Shown: piece by piece, positions 58,372 to 64,000 of the stretch
How positions within the stretch are numbered: the stretch's first letter is position 1
Layout of the letters: the number at the start of each line of letters is the position of its first letter
Assembly (NCBI GenBank): GCA_046541195.1
Contig: JBKHDT010000007.1
Location: 1,008-65,007 of the forward strand
DNA: 64,000 nt
Reading direction: 5' to 3'
From: Halothiobacillaceae bacterium
Lineage (GTDB): Bacteria; Pseudomonadota; Gammaproteobacteria; Halothiobacillales; Halothiobacillaceae
Notes under the pieces: generated by a model
The model's database searches: none
What the model was told of the DNA's origin: nothing
Seen by the model: only the letters and a program-made list of their open reading frames with translations
Made by a program: the position numbers and the translations under genes

Positions 58372-59529
58372 ATGCTGAACATCACCGCGCTCTCGCCGCT
58401 GGGACTCTACGTCCACCTGCCGTGGTGCGTCCGCAAGTGTCCCTACTGCGACTTCAACTCGCATGCATTGCGGAACGACAGCCTGCCCGAGCGTGACTAC
58501 GTGGACGCGCTGCTGCGTGACCTGGAGCCGGAGCTGCCCCTGATCTGGGGTCGTCAGGTGGACACGGTATTCATCGGCGGCGGAACCCCGAGCCTGTTCA
58601 CCCCCGAGGCCCTGGATCGGCTCTTTTCCGGCCTGCGCGCCCTGCTCAACCTCAGACCGGAGATCGAGATCACCCTGGAGGCCAACCCGGGCGCGGTCGA
58701 GCGCGGTCGCTTCGCCGAATATCGGGCGCTGGGAATCAACCGGATCTCGATCGGGGTGCAAAGCTTCGATGCCGGCTGCCTGGAGCGACTGGGCCGGATC
58801 CACGGGCCGGAAGACGCCGAGCGCGCCGCCGAGGCGGTAATCGACGCCGGCTTCGACGACTTCAACCTGGACCTGATGTTCGGTCTGCCCGGACAGACCC
58901 CCGACATGGCCCAACGGGATCTCGAACGCGCCCTGGTCTTCGATCCGCCGCACCTGTCCTGGTACCAGCTGACTCTGGAGCCGAACACGCTGTTTGCCGC
59001 CCGGCCGCCGACCCTGCCGGACGCGGACACCATCGCCTCGATCCACGATGCCGGCATCGCCCGGCTGGCAGCAGCCGGACTCGAACAGTACGAGGTTTCT
59101 GCCTTTGCCCGTCCGGGTCGCGAATGCCGCCACAATCTCAACTACTGGCAGTTTGGCGACTATCTGGGCATCGGTGCCGGCGCGCATGGCAAGCTGACCC
59201 TGGCAGCGGAAGCGCGCATCCTGCGCCGGGCACGGCACCGGCATCCCGAACAGTTCATGCGACTGGCGGGCACTCACGAGGCTTTCACCGAAACGACGGT
59301 CGCCGAGCGCGACCTGCCCTTCGAATTCATGCTCAACGCCTTGAGGCTGCGCGCCGGCTTCGCGGTGCCCGTGTTTTTCGAACGCACCGGCCTGCCGATC
59401 AGTCAGGTGCAAGACACGCTGACCGGGGCGGAACGCGACGGGCTGATCGACTGGGACATCACCCGCATCCGGCCATCCGACACCGGTTGGCGCTACCTCA
59501 ACGACCTGCTGCAGCGTTTCCTGCCCTGA
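58372..59529 (+). CDS. hemW: Radical-SAM heme chaperone HemW (HemN-like)
   Basis: 385 aa. LYVHLPWCVRKCPYCDF radical-SAM motif. IFIGGGTPS. Conserved rdgB-hemW pairing. Confidence 0.92.
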   Translation: MLNITALSPLGLYVHLPWCVRKCPYCDFNSHALRNDSLPERDYVDALLRDLEPELPLIWGRQVDTVFIGGGTPSLFTPEALDRLFSGLRALLNLRPEIEITLEANPGAVERGRFAEYRALGINRISIGVQSFDAGCLERLGRIHGPEDAERAAEAVIDAGFDDFNLDLMFGLPGQTPDMAQRDLERALVFDPPHLSWYQLTLEPNTLFAARPPTLPDADTIASIHDAGIARLAAAGLEQYEVSAFARPGRECRHNLNYWQFGDYLGIGAGAHGKLTLAAEARILRRARHRHPEQFMRLAGTHEAFTETTVAERDLPFEFMLNALRLRAGFAVPVFFERTGLPISQVQDTLTGAERDGLIDWDITRIRPSDTGWRYLNDLLQRFLP

Positions 59530-59604
59530 GCGGTCGCCCGGGCCGCCGGGAACCTGTCTGGAAAGCTCTGCATTTGTGCAGGGACTTTTGGCAAGACCGC
59601 ACGA

Positions 59605-61317
59605 TCACGAGAGCTTCAGGCCGACAATCAGGATCAGCGGACCGTCCATTTCCCGCACGGTCAGGCACAGGCGGCCGAGCACCACCGAGTCGCCCACCAC
59701 CGGCGAGTTGGGCAGCAGTTGCTTGATGGCGGCATCCAGCGTCATGCCGCTCAGCTGCGCGGGCACCTCGACCCCGTAGGCCCGGGCGACGTCATCGACC
59801 AGCGCCCGCCCCTCGAGCGAGAAGTCCCCGAAGAACTGCTGAGTGTCCAGTGCCGCCGCCTTGCGGTCGGCGGCGAAGAACGTCGTCATGTCCGGGATCA
59901 TGTCCTCGCTGAGCATCAGGCAGACAATGTCCCCCGGCCGAAAGGCGAATCCCTCGGCGGGAGTGCGCATGGCCCCGTTGCGCAACACCCCGGAAAGCAT
60001 GGCCGCGCCACTGTAGGGCATGGCTGCCGGGGTGCGTCCCACGGCATCGGCCCGCTCGGTCACCTCGAACTGCACCATTTCAAGCAGCGGCTCGACCGGC
60101 AGGTTCAGGTCCGCCCGGTGTCTCGGCTCGGGGACCGAGGGCAGCTGCACCTTCAGCCAGCGGGCGGCCATCGGGACCGAGCTGCCCTGGACCAGCAGCG
60201 AGAAAATGACCACCACGTAGGCGACCTCGAAGAACCGCTCTGCCCCGTCGATCCCGTACATGACCGGAAACAGTGCCAGCACGATCGGCACGGCACCCCG
60301 CAGCCCCACCCAGGCGATGAACATCATCTCACGCCAGTTGAAGTGAAACGGCCAGAGACTCAGCCAGACCGCAACCGGGCGGGCGACCAGCAGCAGGAGC
60401 ACGGCCAGCACCAGGGCCGGGCCAAGCACATCCAGCACGGCCGAGGGCGTGACCAGCAGGCCGAGGATCAGGAACATGCCGGCCTGCGCCAGCCAGGCCA
60501 GCCCGTCCATGACCCGCAGCACGTGATAGGTGCCCCGATTGCGGGCAGTGCCGATAACCAGGCCGGTCAGATAGACACCGAGGAAGCCACTGCCGCCCAG
60601 CTCGTTGATCACCGCGAACGAAAGCAGTCCGCCCGAGGCGATCAGCAGCGCGTACAGTCCCTCGGCCAGCGGCACGCGGCGCACGATCTCGCGCAGGGCG
60701 AAACCGAAGCCGACCCCCAGCAGCGCCCCGATGCCGAACTGCTGGAGCAGGAACAGCAGAATCCAGGGATCGCCCGGGCCATGACCGTGCCGGATCATTT
60801 CCAGCAAGGTCAGGGTCAGGAAAATGGCCATCGGATCGTTGATGCCGGACTCGATCTCCAGGGTCGAACCGACCCGGTCGTTCAGGCGCGTGCCGCTGCT
60901 TCGCAAAATGCCGAACACCGCCGCTGCATCCGTGGACCCCACGATCGCGCCGAGCAGCAGCCCGTAGCGCCAGTCCATGTCCAGCAGCCACATCGCCGCC
61001 GCGCCAAGCAGCGAGGCGGTCACGATCACCCCGACCGTCGCCAGCGACAAGGCCGGCTTCAGGGCCACCCGGAAGGTATTCAGCTGCGTACGCAATCCGC
61101 CGTCGAGAAGAATGATCGCCAGCGCGAGATTGCCGATGAGAAAGGCGACCTCGAAATCATCGAAGGCAATCCCGCCGATGCCTTCCTCGCCGGCCACGAT
61201 CCCGAAACCCAGAAACACCAGCAGCAGCGGAAAGCCCAGCCGCACGGATGCCGCACTTGCCAGAATACTGGCGAACAGCAGCAGGGAACCGAGCAGGATG
61301 AACGAATTGGTTTCCAT
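59605..61317 (-). CDS. nhaP2: K+/H+ (cation:proton) antiporter NhaP2/CvrA with a C-terminal TrkA-C domain
   Basis: Trimmed to METNSFILLGSLLLFASI... 12-13 TM CPA1 core, including the ESGINDP motif. Cytoplasmic C-terminal regulatory domain. Confidence 0.85.
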   Translation of the reverse strand: METNSFILLGSLLLFASILASAASVRLGFPLLLVFLGFGIVAGEEGIGGIAFDDFEVAFLIGNLALAIILLDGGLRTQLNTFRVALKPALSLATVGVIVTASLLGAAAMWLLDMDWRYGLLLGAIVGSTDAAAVFGILRSSGTRLNDRVGSTLEIESGINDPMAIFLTLTLLEMIRHGHGPGDPWILLFLLQQFGIGALLGVGFGFALREIVRRVPLAEGLYALLIASGGLLSFAVINELGGSGFLGVYLTGLVIGTARNRGTYHVLRVMDGLAWLAQAGMFLILGLLVTPSAVLDVLGPALVLAVLLLLVARPVAVWLSLWPFHFNWREMMFIAWVGLRGAVPIVLALFPVMYGIDGAERFFEVAYVVVIFSLLVQGSSVPMAARWLKVQLPSVPEPRHRADLNLPVEPLLEMVQFEVTERADAVGRTPAAMPYSGAAMLSGVLRNGAMRTPAEGFAFRPGDIVCLMLSEDMIPDMTTFFAADRKAAALDTQQFFGDFSLEGRALVDDVARAYGVEVPAQLSGMTLDAAIKQLLPNSPVVGDSVVLGRLCLTVREMDGPLILIVGLKLS

Positions 61318-61534
61318 GAGCGGGGCCTTCTCGAACTGGGGCGCTTCGGTATTCCATGTTCGCCCCAACGGCGATCACTGGCAACGGGCAACTGGCGCGG
61401 GGCATCCACCGGATTCTTGCTGCACAATGCGATCTGCGTGAAGCTGCCCGAAAAGCCTGGCGCCTCCGCCGGCGAAGCGGGCACCCCGGGACGATGGACC
61501 GGGCCGGCGGACAACTTCCTCAGGAGCAGAGGCC

Positions 61535-63076
61535 ATGACGAACGAAACCGACCTGATCTGGCTGGTGATGGCATTGATCACCGGGGCGGCCATTGGCGCC
61601 GCCATTGCCCTGGCACGCGCCCGGGCGCATCGCGCAAGCCTGTGCCGGGAACACGAGGACCGGCTGCAGGCGATCGGGGCGCAACTCGCCCAGCGGGATG
61701 CCGAGCTGATCGGCGCCCGAGAGCGCGCGGATCGCATCCTGGGCGATCAGGTGGAATCCGACCGTGCCCGGGCGCTGGCCGAGCAGGCGCTTCAGGCCGC
61801 TCGGGAAGACAGCACGGCACGGCAGGGCTCGATCGAGCGGCTCGAAGGCGAACTGGCCCGGGTCCGGGAACAGGTCTGGACAGCGCAAGCCGAACGCGAC
61901 CGGATTCGCGAGGCCGCCGAACGCGACCGCGAGCATGCGGAGGAAAAGCTTCGGCTGCTGACCGAGGCCCGGGAACAGATGAAGCGAGACTTTGAACTGC
62001 TGGCCCAGCAGGTCCTTGAGGCGCGCCAGCAGCAGATGAACGAGCAGCAGCAGCGGATGCAGATACAGGGCCGCGAGTCGCTGGAGCAGCTGCTTCGACC
62101 GTTCCGCGAGCAGATCCAGCAGTTTCGGGACCGGGTCGATACGATTCATACCCATGACACCAGTGATCGGGCCAGCCTGCGCGCCGAAATCGTCAACCTG
62201 CAAAAGCTCAACCAGGCGATCACCGAAGAAGCGCGCCACCTGGCCGAAGCCTTGCGCGGAAACAAGAAAACCCAGGGCAACTGGGGCGAGATGATCCTGG
62301 AAACGGTTCTGGAACGCTCCGGCCTGCGCAAGGGCATCGAATTTGAACGGGAAGTCTCGATCCAGGGCGAGGACGGACGCTACCGCCCCGATGCGCGCAT
62401 CAACCTGCCGGATGACAAGCACCTGATCATCGACGCCAAGGTTTCCCTGGCCGACTACAGCCGTTACGCGAATGCCGACGACGATGCAGAACGTCAGCGG
62501 GCCGCGGCAGCACACCTGCTTGCAACGCGGCGGCACATGCAGCAGCTCTCCGAACGCGCCTACGAGAACCTGCCCGGCCTGAACACGCCCGAGATGGTAT
62601 TCATGTTCATGCCCGTGGAACCGGCCTTCACCCTGGCGCTGGAGCAGGATGCCAATCTGGTCTCGGATGCCTTCGAACGCCGGGTCGCCATCGTCACACC
62701 CACCACCCTGCTGGCCACGCTGCGCACGGTCGCCAGCCTGTGGAAGCTGGAGATGCAGAACCGCAATGCCCGCAAGATTGCGGACCAGGCCGGCAAGCTG
62801 CACGACAAGTTCGTGATCTTCCTCGACCACATGGAAAAGGTGGGCACCGCCCTGAGTCGTGCCCAGGAGGCCCACGAGGCGGCGACCAAGTCCCTGGCCA
62901 CCGGGCGGGGCAACCTGGTCAGCTCGGTGGACAAGCTGCGCCGGCTTGGCGCCCCGGCCCGCAAGAACATCAAGGGCGAAACCCTGTCGCTGGCAAGGGA
63001 TACCGATACCGATACGGATCTCGACATGAACGACATCGACGAGACCCCGGGGGATGGCGAAGGCGATGCGCGCTGA
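61535..63076 (+). CDS. rmuC: DNA recombination protein RmuC
   Basis: 513 aa. N-terminal TM helix, a long coiled coil, and a C-terminal RmuC nuclease-like domain (GNWGEMILE...RPDARINLPDDKHLIIDAKVSL...MFMP.E). Acidic DTDTDTDLD tail. Confidence 0.9.
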   Translation: MTNETDLIWLVMALITGAAIGAAIALARARAHRASLCREHEDRLQAIGAQLAQRDAELIGARERADRILGDQVESDRARALAEQALQAAREDSTARQGSIERLEGELARVREQVWTAQAERDRIREAAERDREHAEEKLRLLTEAREQMKRDFELLAQQVLEARQQQMNEQQQRMQIQGRESLEQLLRPFREQIQQFRDRVDTIHTHDTSDRASLRAEIVNLQKLNQAITEEARHLAEALRGNKKTQGNWGEMILETVLERSGLRKGIEFEREVSIQGEDGRYRPDARINLPDDKHLIIDAKVSLADYSRYANADDDAERQRAAAAHLLATRRHMQQLSERAYENLPGLNTPEMVFMFMPVEPAFTLALEQDANLVSDAFERRVAIVTPTTLLATLRTVASLWKLEMQNRNARKIADQAGKLHDKFVIFLDHMEKVGTALSRAQEAHEAATKSLATGRGNLVSSVDKLRRLGAPARKNIKGETLSLARDTDTDTDLDMNDIDETPGDGEGDAR

Positions 63077-63587
63077 GGTTTCACGTGAAACATTCCGGCG
63101 CGCCACCCAATCCGACATCCCGGCGATCCGGGTGCTCGCCGAACGGATCTGGTGGCATACCTATCCGCCGATCATCGGGGACACGCAAACCCGCTACATG
63201 CTCGACCTGATGTACGCGCCGCGCCGGATCGCCGCCGACATGGACGCCGGCCACCGGTACTTTCTGTTCCTGCGCGAAGACCTGCCCTGCGGCTTTTATG
63301 CCATCGAGCCCGCACACGAGGGACGCGCCGAATTCACGAGGCTGCACAAGCTCTACCTGGACCCGGGCCTGCAGGGTCTGGGGCTCGGTCAGCGCCTCAT
63401 CGCCCGGGCGGTGGAAGATGCCCTTGCCTGCGGATCCCGGTTCATGGATCTGACGGTCAACAAGTACAATGAGCGGGCAATCGCGGCCTATCGCCGCGCC
63501 GGATTCGAGGTTTCGGGGTCGATCGTCAAACCGATCGGCGGAGGGTATGTCATGGATGATTTCATCATGCACCGTCGCCTTCGGTGA
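63066..63587 (+). CDS. GNAT-family N-acetyltransferase
   Basis: About 173 aa. Acetyl-CoA motif LQGLGLGQRLI plus N..AIAAYRRAGF. Start is ATG 63066 or 63054; both overlap the rmuC 3' end. Confidence 0.8.
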   Translation: MRAEVSRETFRRATQSDIPAIRVLAERIWWHTYPPIIGDTQTRYMLDLMYAPRRIAADMDAGHRYFLFLREDLPCGFYAIEPAHEGRAEFTRLHKLYLDPGLQGLGLGQRLIARAVEDALACGSRFMDLTVNKYNERAIAAYRRAGFEVSGSIVKPIGGGYVMDDFIMHRRLR

Positions 63588-63698
63588 GCCGCCCCAGGCA
63601 TCCCCGGGTGGAGCCATGCCGCGGGACGCAGCCCGGGAGGCGCGTCATGCCCTGCCGGCGCATCCGGCAGGAAGCACAACCAGCTCAAGGGAGTCCAA

Positions 63699-64000
63699 AT
63701 GGAATTTCCAGACAACATCAAGCAGGTCACCTGCCGGGACTGCCTGAACCGAAAGCCGCTCGATTTCGACTTTTCCATGGCTTTCCAGCCCATCATCGAC
63801 GTCCGGGACCGGAGCATCTATTCCTACGAGGCACTGGTGCGGGGGACCGACGGGACGCCTGCCGGCCAGGTACTGGCACAGGTCAAGGATGAGAACCGCT
63901 ACTACTTCGATCAGGCCTGCCGCATCACCGCCATCCGCCTGGCCTCGCAGCTGGGCCTGAGCGCCCGGTTGAACATCAACTTCCTGCCCAACGCGGTATA
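63699..64000 (+). CDS. EAL-domain protein (putative c-di-GMP phosphodiesterase), 3' end cut by the window edge
   Basis: Not in the track because it runs off the window. ATG 63699 with AAGGGAG upstream. Reads MEFPDNIKQVTCRDCLNRKPLDFDFSMAFQPIIDVRDRSIYSYEALVRG...NINFLPNAV, the typical start of an EAL domain. Confidence 0.8.
   Translation, partial: MEFPDNIKQVTCRDCLNRKPLDFDFSMAFQPIIDVRDRSIYSYEALVRGTDGTPAGQVLAQVKDENRYYFDQACRITAIRLASQLGLSARLNINFLPNAV

Overview
This is a high-GC chromosomal core segment, apparently from a gammaproteobacterium. I support about 62 protein-coding genes, mostly housekeeping. By eye I found no rRNA, tRNA, CRISPR array, transposase or integrase.

Gene content by region:
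- coaBC-selD-selU-cmoA-[OMP]-cmoB
- trxB / hemH / a DegP-like protease
- gmk-rpoZ-spoT-ridA
- suhB / trmJ-cysE-iscR-ndk-rlmN-pilW-rodZ-ispG-hisS-yfgM-bamB. This matches the order I recall for Pseudomonas aeruginosa PA3818-PA3800, except that iscSUA-hscBA-fdx is missing.
- argS, sbcB, slt, gluQ, dgt-yfbR, tal, cbpA, hsp20, rpmJ (type B), rdgB-hemW, nhaP2, rmuC

Most interesting loci:
1. A putative light-response island at 37.5-43.2 kb. It holds folE-folM-MFS, a SnoaL-like/SDR pair, a MerR/LitR-like regulator with a degenerate B12-type C-terminal domain, and a short LOV photoreceptor.
2. A candidate sigma-E-type promoter plus an orphan terminator downstream of the DegP-like gene, which may define an sRNA with two anti-Shine-Dalgarno motifs.
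3. An orphan iscR where the isc operon has been lost.
4. A translationally coupled dGTPase / 5'-deoxynucleotidase pair.
5. A thioredoxin-fold/DsbD-like membrane fusion protein.
6. An OMP gene inserted inside a selD-selU-cmoA/cmoB tRNA wobble-uridine modification cluster.

Limits: the ORF track translates alternative start codons (GTG/TTG) as M, and many of its ORFs carry spurious N-terminal extensions. I trimmed starts where family N-termini and Shine-Dalgarno sequences supported it, so start coordinates are approximate. All functional calls rest on motifs and family resemblance recognised by eye. No searches were run.
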